Source: Schizochytrium sp. TIO01
Taxonomy: Eukaryota; Protista; Bigyra: Labyrinthulomycetes
Reading direction: 5' to 3'
DNA: 64,000 bases
NCBI GenBank assembly: GCA_004764695.1
Contig: SMSO01000035.1
Location: 1,054,001 to 1,118,000 of the forward strand
The notes under the pieces are model-generated. The model saw only the letters and a program-made list of their open reading frames with translations, had not been told where the DNA came from and ran no database searches. Below are positions 48,901-60,062 of this stretch, one piece after another (position 1 is the stretch's first letter; each line of letters starts with the position of its first letter). The position numbers and the translations under genes were made by a program.

Positions 48901-50823
48901 TTTCGCTTTACAACAGCACAAAGCTTTCTAGTGGTACCAATAGGTAATGAGTTGTTGTCTTGGCTTGAGTTTTTAGTACCCAAGCTATTAAAGATTTTAA
49001 CTTACTACCTCTGACTAGTGAGCGTAGATTAAATTGCTCACAGCACATACTCGTCATGGTAATCCCACTACATTTGTTGAAGCTCTTGAAATTTATGAGA
49101 TATCGGTAACACATTCTTCAAGCCCAGCTTCATATTTGAGGTTGTACCTAGTACTTAATGTTTGCCCTGGCAACACTCGTGGTAAGGTTTGTACAACAAG
49201 GAGCTTGTCTGAGCAAGAATTGCAACAGAGTCACACGGTTCTATCTCCAAAGCCCAGCAATGGAAATATTTTATTTAATTGAGGTCAGATCGAGAGTGCT
49301 AACAGGTGGCGGTGGTTGAACTGGATTCCTCGAATTACAAGCAGGACCTGTGCTGCTTGCTGATCGTCCATTAATTCTAACAGTACAAAGAATCGCTGTC
49401 GGTAATGAACTTGGAAAAATGCAAAAAGGCCTCGGATTGGGGCCAATTAAAAACCTGCTCAAGCGCACGCTAGCCTGAGTATGTCTGGGCGTGTGGCGCC
49501 AACTGGCTCTTGCAACTCCACGGCCAATCGCAACTCTCTATCTCACAAACAACTTTGGATTTGATTGGCAATGCGCTGATTTATTCGTTCAGAGTTGATT
49601 AAGGCGGATCGACCAGTTGTTAAGAAGGCACCCATCGCTACAGAGCCCTTCACGGAGCCCTTCACGGAGCAATGCGCACACAGTCACTTAAATGTGTCTA
49701 CTACTATAGAATTTTTCAAAGTACATAAAAGTATGAAGGCAACCTTCATCTTGACGGGTGAAAGGGCCCAACTTGCAGTTGGACCTATCAGATATCAGAT
49801 ACATAAACATTGCTCTAATGAATTGACAGGCTGACTAATTGCAATTGCATGGTGCTCTTCACTTCACGAACGCTGCGGAAATCTTTGCAGAGGCCGGTGA
49901 AGATGAAAAGGTTACTTTTGCTAGTGCTATGACGCTACTTGTGTTTACTTTCTACTACCTTAAAAAAATGTTTTTTTGTTTTTGTTTTTTTAAGTTTTTT
50001 CAAGCAAATAAAATGAAATGGAGAACGAACTGGAAGTGAAAAGTTTTCTGTATTTTGGGAATAAATAAAAGTCTTCAAGTTCCGCACGTGCCGCGCAAGG
50101 GAAACGAACAAGAAGTTATCACTTTTCACCTTTCGCTTTGCAACTGCACGACACACCCAGATTCTTTACAGTCAGGCCTTGCACATATATAGAAAAATCA
50201 GTCGAAGCCATACTACGTGGGCTGGGAGAACAGGAAAATGAACCTCAAATAATCATGGTAAGCACCCTCATTATGCATTGAGCGACACATCAATGTTTTG
50301 GTAGAAAATTTGTTTAGTTGCTAATTCTATCTAACAGCTCTAACAGTAGGCTCTGCGAAAGTGAGAGAGACGGAAGCAAAGGCAAATGAGCGAGGGAGAC
50401 CATAAGAAAACAGATCAATAGAGAAAAACGCGACAGAATTAGAAGCAAAAGTGCTACTTCTTTTTCAACAACACTAAACCATGGCTCTCACACTAATAAA
50501 ATAAAAGTATCACATAGTAATAAATAGGAGGTAAAAATAAAATAAAAATCTGGAAGAGCTGAGTTTTTTTTTTTTTTTTTGTTTAAATTAATATTAAATA
50601 TCAGTATTTGTTTTAATTAATAGAATAAATAAATAAACTTAAAGTATAATAAAGGTATATAATAAAATGTTCGTGAGGAGCGAGTGTGTACGTGTGAATA
50701 AAAGCAATGAATGAAAGTTTGGATCGAAGCAGCAAACCCATAACTTCGGGCGAGCAGGCACAAGAGCTCGCAACTAGCCAGGGCCCTGTCGATCAACTAA
50801 GGCTTGGCCTTTCATAGAGGACA

Positions 50824-52809
50824 ATGGCGGTGATTCAAGTGCCGAAGCGCTACCGCTTCCTCGTGCCAGCGATCCGCGATGGCGAAGCTGGTCTGCAGCG
50901 CGTGCGCGAGGCCCAGATGCGCATTTCGCGCGGTCAGATCTTGGGTAAGGCACTCATGATTGGGTGCGGAACCCTTGTGGGTCTTGCGCTCTTGTCCTTG
51001 ACCAAGCATGGTGCAGGACCTGAGGATGAAGGAATGTTTTTTCGCTCTCGTCGTCTCGCAGACGACCCAGAGTGTGTTCACAACTTCAACCCTTTCCGTG
51101 ATGGAGATCTCCAAACTACAGGCATTAAACTCTGTAACGACGGTCTCGGCTACATTGCCCTCTGTATCTTCTTCATGGTTTACATGTTCTGGACCCTTGC
51201 TGTTGTTGTTGATGAAGATTTCGTAGACATTCTGGACTATATTGTGAAGGACCTGAACATTGACCCTGATGTGGCTGGTGCCACCTTTATGGCTGCTGGT
51301 GGCTCCGCTCCCGAGTTTTTCACATCTCTGATTTCTGTTTTTGACCTCTCAGGAACTGGTTTTGGTACTATTATTGGTAGTGCCATTTTCAACATTCTCG
51401 CTGTCATTGCTGCATGTGCTTACTTTGCGCGGCCACGTCAGGAAGTGCTCGACCGCCGAGCTGGTCTTAAGGATATGAACGCACCATGGCCTTGGGAGCC
51501 TCTGCCCCTGACCTGGTGGCCCCTCTTCCGCGATTCTATCTCTTATACGATCGGTCTCATTGTGCTTGCTATCTTTTACTTTTGCTTCAACAACGGTCTT
51601 CTCTCCTCAACTTGTGGAGCCAAAGAAGATGGATACATTCTTATCTGGGAAACAGTCATTCTCTTTGTGCTTTACATTGGCTACTGTCTTTTGATGGTTG
51701 TTCAGACCCCCATCAAGCGCTTTATCGAGAACCACTTCCCCAAGATGATCCCTGAGGCCCAGCGCAACAACGCTGCTGTTGGGCAGTATGATGGTGATGA
51801 CCTTGAGGATGGCGACGGCCGCCCGTCTCATGCTGAGCCCAAAACAATGGCTGGCACTCCCAAATTGAAGGAGGCCCAAACCCAGGAGAGCAAGCGCTCG
51901 ATGGAGCCTAAGCTGCCAAAGCGTTCTAGTGTTGAGAGCGCAGGCAGTGTGGTGCCCCCTCCCGTTGGCAATGTGCGCTGGTCCAGTAGCCGCTCATTTC
52001 GCGGTGTTCATTCTGAAGGTCAAGCCAGCGCTACTCGCTCTGGTTCACAGCTCTCTGTTGACAGCAACAGTGTCAAGGCACACCCTGGATCTGTTACCAG
52101 CGCGGCAGTCGCAGATCACGAAAAGGAACTCGACGGTGATGAGGAGGAAACCCAGGTTGAGGTTGTATCCCCTCGCATGCGCCCGACTTCTTTTAAGCGT
52201 TTCGGCGAGGATAAGTGGTGGAAGGTCATCCTGAACAATATCCTCTATATCTTCATTATGCCTGTGCTCTTTGCAAATCTTACTGTGCACCTTGGTGTGA
52301 GTGACTTGGACGCCATTCAAAACAAGTTCCTGCGTCGCACTTTGATTGGATACGGTTTCCTCATGTCTCTGGTGTGGATTGCTATCTACACTTGGCTCAT
52401 GGTGTTTTCTGCTGAGACCTTTGCTTCTACCATTGGCATGCCAGATACTATTCTTGGTTTTACCTTCCTTGCTGCTGGTACCAGTGTACCTGATCTTCTC
52501 TCCTCTGTCTTCGTGAGTCGTCTTGGTTATGGTGACATGGCGGTGTCCAGTAGTATCGGAAGTAACATCTTTGACATTCTTGTCGGTCTTCCTATTCCAT
52601 GGCTTATCAGTATTGCCTCGACTGGTAATCCTCTCCTCGTAGAGACTGGAGCAGTTGCTATTTCCCTTGTGGTGATCATTCTGATGATCATTTCACTTCT
52701 CGCTATCATTATTTGGCAAGACTGGAAGTTGACTAAGTTGGGCGCACAAGCAATGCTTATTCTCTACTTCGTCTTCCTCATTGCTGTCATTGTTGCTGAA
52801 CTGGTGTAA
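50824..52809 (+). CDS. K+-dependent Na+/Ca2+ exchanger (NCKX / SLC24 family), 661 aa
   Basis: Alpha-1 repeat DVAGATFMAAGGSAPEFFTS...GTIIGSAIFN; alpha-2 repeat GFTFLAAGTSVPD...GDMAVSSSIGSNIFDILVGL, retaining the Asp of NIFD associated with K+-dependence. Two TM clusters separated by a hydrophilic loop. Confidence 0.93.
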   Translation: MAVIQVPKRYRFLVPAIRDGEAGLQRVREAQMRISRGQILGKALMIGCGTLVGLALLSLTKHGAGPEDEGMFFRSRRLADDPECVHNFNPFRDGDLQTTGIKLCNDGLGYIALCIFFMVYMFWTLAVVVDEDFVDILDYIVKDLNIDPDVAGATFMAAGGSAPEFFTSLISVFDLSGTGFGTIIGSAIFNILAVIAACAYFARPRQEVLDRRAGLKDMNAPWPWEPLPLTWWPLFRDSISYTIGLIVLAIFYFCFNNGLLSSTCGAKEDGYILIWETVILFVLYIGYCLLMVVQTPIKRFIENHFPKMIPEAQRNNAAVGQYDGDDLEDGDGRPSHAEPKTMAGTPKLKEAQTQESKRSMEPKLPKRSSVESAGSVVPPPVGNVRWSSSRSFRGVHSEGQASATRSGSQLSVDSNSVKAHPGSVTSAAVADHEKELDGDEEETQVEVVSPRMRPTSFKRFGEDKWWKVILNNILYIFIMPVLFANLTVHLGVSDLDAIQNKFLRRTLIGYGFLMSLVWIAIYTWLMVFSAETFASTIGMPDTILGFTFLAAGTSVPDLLSSVFVSRLGYGDMAVSSSIGSNIFDILVGLPIPWLISIASTGNPLLVETGAVAISLVVIILMIISLLAIIIWQDWKLTKLGAQAMLILYFVFLIAVIVAELV

Positions 52810-53694
52810 GAACAAATAGCTGATTAAAAACCCATGCGGTGGAAGTGAGGAGAAGAATGAAGCATCCTTTCTCCTACCCAGATTTCCCCTTTGCGCGCAT
52901 TTCTCATTCTTGAAGAAGATGCTGCTACTACGACGACGGCAACTGTTGCTGCTTCTACTTTTATTCAATGTGCATTTGTAGCAGGTATATTTCCAAAGTT
53001 TAATACATACGTTGTGGAAGTTACTTCATATCTCTACACTTTGCAGCAACCACAGTGTAATGTGAACTGATTTTGTATGAAGTGGGCTTAATGCTTTGTG
53101 CAAGTACTCTGATTAAAGTAGACTCTACAAGAATACTAAACTGACTAGGATGAGTAAATGACCACTGATGAACCTTATCTTTTTCTTTCATGTTTAAACA
53201 AAATATTAGCCTTTAATTCTTCTACGTCCATCAGCAAGTCATTCTAAGCAATGCAGAAAAATCGAGATGAGTAATCTAGTTTCGACCAAGTATTTCTCGC
53301 TACCAACTCGCCTTTGAGATTAGAATGACTGTTTTAGATAGAACATACTTTACAGCCTTTTTGATGTTCAACTGTTGGTATCTAGGACTGGCAGCCGGAG
53401 CTTGTGTACATCACATCGTACAGGAATGATGCGTTTAGTGAAGAACTTTATATAAACTTCGAAGGAAAGAAAGATTTTTTATTTATTTTTTTGGTCGCCT
53501 TGAAGAAATATAGATGTTGAAATATAGATGTTGTAATGAGAAGAGAGCGTACGTACAGAAAAGGCCGAAAATGCTTAGTCCAGTAAGAAATGCCAAAATG
53601 GAAAGTTGAGTGTTACATGACAGGACCAAAAAGGAAACTCGTGTACATCATATGTAGACAAGCAACTCCTCATGTATAAACCAAAAAAAATAGC

Positions 53695-55191
53695 TTAGAC
53701 CTTTCCGGGCTGAAACTTCAGCTCCGGGGCCTGAACACCTTCCATAGCCTTTTCGAGACGTTCCGCAAACTTTTCGTCGACCTTCTTGAAGAGTCCGAGC
53801 TGACGATCACGAGTCTCCTTGGGGCAAACCCCAAGGCTTCCTGCAATGTTGTTGATGAGGCGCTCGTAAGCATCCTTGTCTTGGATGTCAAGAAACATCT
53901 TGGGCTGTTCGTAGTGATCGTCTTCACCCCAATCGCTGCGCTGAATAGCTCCCTCAACCTGGTAGCTAGTCTCCGGATGGGCACCATCCTTGACCTTGGG
54001 GTACGGGCAGCTTGTGCGTCCATAATTGATACGGCAGCCGTAGTTGCCATCCACTCGCATCGATCCATCACGGTACGGTGAGTTGACTTCGGAGTTCTTG
54101 GGGCGGTTTACAGGGATTTGCTCGTAGTTTACTCCCAATCGGTACCTGTGTGCATCTGCGTAAGAGTGAATTCGCGCTTGAAGCATCGGGTCCGGGGACG
54201 TGCCGATGCCAGGCACAAGGTTGTGCGGAGCAAATGCAGCTTGCTCGACCTCCGCAAAGTAATTATCGGGATTACGATTGAGCTCCATGACACCTACCTT
54301 CTGGAGAGGGAAGTCCTTGTGTGGCCAGACCTTGGTAAGGTCAAATGGGTTCCACTTGAAGTTCTTGGCCTGCTCATCAGTCATAGTCTGAATATGGAGG
54401 TCCCACTTGGGGTAGTTGCCATCCTCGATAGCAAGAAAGAGATCCTTCGTGGCCCAACGGGGTTCCTTACCCTCAAGTTCAGGCCACTGCTCCTCTGTAA
54501 AGAATTTACGACCCTGCTGAGACTTGAAGTGAAACTTGACCCAAACACGCTCGCCCTTGTCATTGATCATGCTAAAAGTGTGCGAGCCGTATCCGTGGTG
54601 GTGACGCCAGCCCATCGGAGCACCCATGTCTCCCATAAGGTAAAGCACTTGGTGCAGAGACTCGGGAGTGTGGCTCCAAAAGTCCCACCACATGGCGTCC
54701 TGACGCCAGAACTGCTCAGGGTGCTCCTTCTGGCTGTGAATGAAATCCATGAAGCGAATTGGGTCGCGAACGAAGAACACAGGTGTCATGTTTCCGACCA
54801 TAGACCACACTCCATCTTCAGTGTCAAAGTTAATAGCGAAGCCACGGACATCACGGTAGATGTCACCACCACCCTTGCTGCGAGCAACGGTGGAGAAGCG
54901 CATAAACAGAGGTGTCTCCTTACCGACTTCACTAAAGATCTTCGCGCATGTCAAGTGCGAGATGTCCTCTGTTACGGTAAACTTTCCATGGGCTCCAGCA
55001 CCAACGGCATGCACGACACGTTCGGGAATGCGTTCACGGTTGAAGTGAGCGCTTTTCTCGAGGTATGCAAAATCATCCATGCAAAGCGGACCATACTTGC
55101 CAGCAGACTTGCTGTACTGATCCGACGGAAGGGGCACGCCAGCGCCCGAGGTCAGGATCTTCTGATTCTGACTGTCGTCGTTGTAACCCAT
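53695..55191 (-). CDS. Monofunctional heme catalase, small-subunit clade 3 (copy 1, 498 aa)
   Basis: ATG 55191 (MGYNDDSQNQK; the track's GTG start is 17 codons upstream). FNRERIPERVVHA (distal His), RFSTV, VGN (distal Asn), DLTKVWPH, NYFAEVEQAAF, QARIHSYADAHRYRLG (proximal Tyr). Confidence 0.95.
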   Translation of the reverse strand: MGYNDDSQNQKILTSGAGVPLPSDQYSKSAGKYGPLCMDDFAYLEKSAHFNRERIPERVVHAVGAGAHGKFTVTEDISHLTCAKIFSEVGKETPLFMRFSTVARSKGGGDIYRDVRGFAINFDTEDGVWSMVGNMTPVFFVRDPIRFMDFIHSQKEHPEQFWRQDAMWWDFWSHTPESLHQVLYLMGDMGAPMGWRHHHGYGSHTFSMINDKGERVWVKFHFKSQQGRKFFTEEQWPELEGKEPRWATKDLFLAIEDGNYPKWDLHIQTMTDEQAKNFKWNPFDLTKVWPHKDFPLQKVGVMELNRNPDNYFAEVEQAAFAPHNLVPGIGTSPDPMLQARIHSYADAHRYRLGVNYEQIPVNRPKNSEVNSPYRDGSMRVDGNYGCRINYGRTSCPYPKVKDGAHPETSYQVEGAIQRSDWGEDDHYEQPKMFLDIQDKDAYERLINNIAGSLGVCPKETRDRQLGLFKKVDEKFAERLEKAMEGVQAPELKFQPGKV

Positions 55192-57714
55192 CTTGGACTT
55201 TTCAATCAACTGACTTTGGTTTTCTTCGCCCTTGCTGCGCACGTGAATATCGTAGAGCTTTCCTCTGCTTTATTTACAATTTCTTCTCGCTGCTGCTGCA
55301 GTTTCGAGTTTGGTTTCTGCATGCCGATTTGTCCTGCCCGTGATTTTCTTCAAGTCGATACACCCTTTTCATTTGCCTGATGATTATAAATGTTCTCTTG
55401 AAACATTCGCCACTGATGGGTTCTAAAGTTCTGAAGTTCTGACTGCGTGATAATATTAATTCCTTTCTTTTTCTTTTCCCGTTTCTCTTCTTTTTACTTT
55501 CTCTTCTTCTTCTTCTTCGTCTTCGTCTTTTATATAATTAATTAATTAATTACTTATTATCACAAGACGGAATAGTTGGTAACAACTTCTAAAACTCAGA
55601 TTCTTTGTCCATTTGAGGGAGCCACTGAGCAGTAAAAGCTTCAAGCCGAGGCAGAGACTGAGATATTCCATGTATGGCCACGCTGACACTCACTACTCAT
55701 TGCTATATCTGTCCCAATTAAGGTAATCATTTTTTTTTTTCACCAGATAGCCTTCTCAATGTCACCGGCGCGAACTTGACTAAATTATCGCGTCAAAGCT
55801 TGAAACCTAAAGTTTGGGCTGACAAGACGGCATGTCTGTTGCCGTGAAGAAAAGACCTTGACTGCCTTGTTACTCAAATCTGTTCCATTTTGTAGTGTTC
55901 TGTTGTAGAGCTCTAAGCAGTGAGCCTCTGGCCTGCAATAAGGCCATCATGCGTTCCCTTTAAGCCGTACGCTTCACTGAAGCATTGAAGCTCATCGCAC
56001 ATGCATTGCATCACACGCCACTGCGTCCCAAGGGCCGCGAGCCTGACCCCAAGAGGAGCACCAGCGCTCTCCCCATCTCCTCCATGTTCTGGTCTTCAAG
56101 ATCCTCTATAGCTGTTTCTGTCCTCCAGGTTGAAGTTGGCGCAGCACAGGCCTCGAGATGCGACGATGTCCAAGGCATTCGAGTATCTGACAAGTTGGTC
56201 GAACGAGTTGAACTGCCAGGAGACAAGACGGAGTGGCCGCAGGTGGAGCAAGCAGCAATATTCTTGCTTCCTTCTTACTTTCTGTGCTCCTCAGCGCCCG
56301 AGCTGCTGCTGGTAGATACCTTGGCTTCTTGTTGACCTGACCTCCTTGCTGGAGTTTCTTGAATTCTTCTTTTTCTTTTCTTCTTTGTATCTATTCGTTC
56401 TACTCACTCATGATTAAAATCCAATGAAGCGCAACTTGAAAAAAGAACAAAGAAAAAAGGAAACAAAAACATAGAAGTCGCCTTTACTGAGATATCCCGA
56501 TGGCGCTGGGACCTTCTCTATTACCTTCGCTGGTGGAGAAGGAGCAGGGAAATTCTCCAATGATGTCGTGGGAGAAGGTTTCGCTCACAATTTCACCTCC
56601 AACAAATCGACATGAAGGAATCTTAAAGAATTCGGAACTTCAAGTTGCTTATTCTCCTCCCTGATTTTTAATTTTTAATTTTAAGGAATCACAGCTGAGC
56701 GTTCTCAACTCATAGACTTTCAATACTACGAGTTACCGCTAGACAGCACCAACCTCCTGAGGTACCAAGTAGATGTTTTAAATATTAACATTAAAATCAT
56801 TTGCAAAGTGAAAATCTCGGTGACACGATCTGCAATAGCAACAATTTAATATATAAGTGTATCAAGAACGTGGGTAGGTAGGTTTCAAGCTTCTCCATTG
56901 CTGAAGATGCGTTTCCATGTGACTCACTGGTGGAAGCTGAAGTTAAGCGATCTTCTTTAACGAAGAAGCGAAGCGATGGCCTGGACCTCTTGATCAATAT
57001 CAACGAACTCAAAGGCGCAGGTAGTAATTCTGACCGTCTCAATATTTCCTGCCCGTTTAAGGGTCTCGAATGTCTTTACATAGGCGCCTACCACCCTGAA
57101 TTCTGAATACGAGACTCGCGATAACTCGAGACGTCGACATCTGCTGCAAGAAGAACTGGTTAATAAGAGATGATTACAACATAATGGGGACCTTAGTTAT
57201 TCTAATAAATGCTTCGGGAACATGGAAATTGTCACTGTACCCAGCGCCATTCTACTGCTCACAGCTTGAGTTTAAGGTGACGGCTGTGCTTCTGGTTTCG
57301 GGGCGTCTGCACGGGTTTTTGCACCTTCGGGAAAAAGAAATTGCTGCGAGGAAGGGTAAGCTTTTAGGACAGCCTTAGGAAAGTCGGAAACTTGTCAGAG
57401 CTTCGCAAGATCAACAAACAAGGCTGACCAGGCCTCTCCACTTGGAGGTCGTGGAAGAGCCAAAGAGCTTCGCAGTTCCATTTTAGGATAAAGTTTGCAA
57501 AATTATTATGTATTATTTGTTTCGCAAGACAAAGGCGAGAATGGAACCGAGGTGATTATTGTATCCCAGAGTTTGAGAACTCCACGGTAACAATGCAGAG
57601 ATAAGAAAACCTGACCTGTGGTATCGGGCATAGGCAAAGCACTTGAATCAAGATGACAGGACATGAAAGAATAAGCAAAAAGTTCCCTGCCGGGATCTAG
57701 GTCCCTTCAAGGAT

Positions 57715-59199
57715 TTAGACTTCACCAGGAATGAATTCCAACTTCGGTGGCTCCACGCCTTCCATGGCCTTGGCCACCCGAGCCGCAAACTCTTCGTCCA
57801 CCTTCTTGAAAAGGCCAAGTTGACGCTCCCGCGTCTCTTCCTTACAGACGCCCAAGGTGCCAGCAATGTTGTTAATGAGACGTTCGTAAGCATCCTCATC
57901 TTGAGTGTCGAGGAACATCTTAGGCTGCTCGTAGTGATCATCCTCTCCCCAGTCACTGCGTTCCACGGCGCCCTCGACCTGGTAGGTAGTTTCAGGATGC
58001 CGTCCCTTCTGGACCTTGGGATAAGGGCAGCTTGTACGACCATAGTTGATACGGCCGCCATAGTTGCCATCTACACGCATAGCGCCATCACGATAAGGGC
58101 AGTTCACCTCGGAATTCTTGGGTCGATTAATAGGAATCTGGTTGTAATTTACGCCCAGACGATAGCGGTGCGCGTCAGCATATGCTAGAACACGAGCCTG
58201 TAGCATCGGATCTGGGGAGTGGCCAATGCCAGGGACCACCTGGTGAGGCCCAAATGCTGATTGCTCGACCTCCGCAAAGTAATTGTCAGGGTTACGATTG
58301 AGCTCCATAACGCCCACCTTGTGGAGAGGAAAATCTTTGTGAGGCCAGACTTTCGTAAGATCAAACGGATTCCATTTAAACTCTCTCGCTTGTTCGTCCG
58401 TCATTGTCTGCACATACATGGTCCACTTCGGGAACTTGCCCTCTTCGATAGCCATGTAAAGATCCTTGGTAGCCCAACGGGGCTCAACACCTTCGAGACG
58501 AGCAGATTGCTCGTTAGTTAAGAACTTACGCCCTTGTTGCGTCTTGAAATGAAATTTGACCCAGACGCGCTCACCCTGGTCGTTGATCATACTATAAGTA
58601 TGCGAACCATAACCATTGTGGTGACGGTAGCCCATTGGAATACCCATGTCACTCATGAGTAACATAACTTGATGTAGAGACTCGGGGGTGTGGCTCCAAA
58701 AATCCCAGAACATTTCATCTTGGCGCCAACCTGGGCCAGGGTGCTCCTTTTGGCTATGGATGAAGTCCATAAAGCGGATCGGGTCGCGAATGAAGAACAC
58801 TGGAGTCATGTTTCCTACAAGTGACCAAATGCCTTCCTCTGTGTCGAAGTTAATAGCAAATCCGCGCACGTCGCGATTGATGTCGCCGCCACCCTTGCTT
58901 CGCGCAACAGTTGAAAAGCGAATGAACAAGGGTGTTTCCTTGCCAACTTCGCTGAAAAGCTTGGCGCATGTCAAGTGAGAGATATCATCTGTCACCGTGA
59001 ATTTACCATGTGCACCTGCCCCAACAGCATGAACAACACGCTCGGGAATACGTTCTCGATTGAAGTGAGCACTCTTCTCTAGAAAGACAAAGTCGTCCAT
59101 GCAGAGTGGACCATACCTGCCAGCGGATTTGGTGAATTGATCAGAGGGCAGTGGAGCGCCGGCCGCTGATGTCAAGATTTTGTCGCTGTCGCTTGCCAT
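57715..59199 (-). CDS. Monofunctional heme catalase, small-subunit clade 3 (copy 2, 494 aa)
   Basis: Same motif set as copy 1 (FNRERIPERVVHA, RFSTV, VGN, QARVLAYADAHRYRLG); colinear paralogue, roughly 80-85% identical by eye. Confidence 0.95.
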   Translation of the reverse strand: MASDSDKILTSAAGAPLPSDQFTKSAGRYGPLCMDDFVFLEKSAHFNRERIPERVVHAVGAGAHGKFTVTDDISHLTCAKLFSEVGKETPLFIRFSTVARSKGGGDINRDVRGFAINFDTEEGIWSLVGNMTPVFFIRDPIRFMDFIHSQKEHPGPGWRQDEMFWDFWSHTPESLHQVMLLMSDMGIPMGYRHHNGYGSHTYSMINDQGERVWVKFHFKTQQGRKFLTNEQSARLEGVEPRWATKDLYMAIEEGKFPKWTMYVQTMTDEQAREFKWNPFDLTKVWPHKDFPLHKVGVMELNRNPDNYFAEVEQSAFGPHQVVPGIGHSPDPMLQARVLAYADAHRYRLGVNYNQIPINRPKNSEVNCPYRDGAMRVDGNYGGRINYGRTSCPYPKVQKGRHPETTYQVEGAVERSDWGEDDHYEQPKMFLDTQDEDAYERLINNIAGTLGVCKEETRERQLGLFKKVDEEFAARVAKAMEGVEPPKLEFIPGEV

Positions 59200-60020
59200 T
59201 TTGGCTGAAGATACAGGCCAGTGATAAGTTAAGGCTTGTTTTACAATCTGTAAAAACCTCTGCAGGACGATGCACTAACGTAGCTTTATTTGATTTATGC
59301 CTGTTGAAGAAATTTAATGTAAGTTTCGGATTTGCTTTCAACTTCAACCTAGTTTCTTTGCCTGAGGTCATCTAATGCATTTTATTTTTAAGGCTTCCCC
59401 TGCCAATAGGCCGTAGTTTGCACTATTAGTCGCGTCACACAAATAAAGTTGCTACCATTATACAGTTTCCTTTCCTCCGGTTTTTCTGATTTTACCCGGT
59501 TAGCCCGTGAAGTACGACCTGGAGCGCCCTGAGGTTCATGCCAGTGTGTGATCTCTACAGATGGGTGTTGATTAAAGAAACGGCACTTTGCCCCTCCCCT
59601 GAATGCCACATATACCGTTTTCTTCTAATTTTTCAAAAAGCTTCCCGCACAGGACCTCCTTGTCTCTGGGTTCAGCCCTGTGCTACACTTAGTGCAAAAG
59701 CCTACATTTTATTTTATTTTTTTTGCAAAAGAGATGCTTCCTAACGACAGCAGCTATAGCAGCCCCAAGCTCTATATCCCTCTTGCTTGACAAAAACCAG
59801 AGAAGTTGACAAACTCGTGACAGGGGACAGATTATGTCTGTCTTGGTACAGTTTTTATTTTTTTATTTTTTAACTAGAAGATCTATATGATTTATAGAAT
59901 GAGTGTAGAAGAAAGCGTACGAGCCTACTAAGAGGTCTCAGTTTACGTTGATGGTATCTACTCATACCAGATGAGCTGGTAGGTTAAATGATTTACAAAG
60001 GCACATGACCTTTTCATCTC

Positions 60021-60024
<4 letters not shown>

Positions 60025-60058
<34 letters not shown>
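60025..60058. repeat. (CT)n microsatellite
   Basis: About 17 tc units. Confidence 0.85.

Positions 60059-60062
<4 letters not shown>

Noticed and set aside
54118-55380. 420-aa plus-strand ORF
   Set aside because: Antisense shadow of catalase 1, explained by codon bias; no recognisable motifs.
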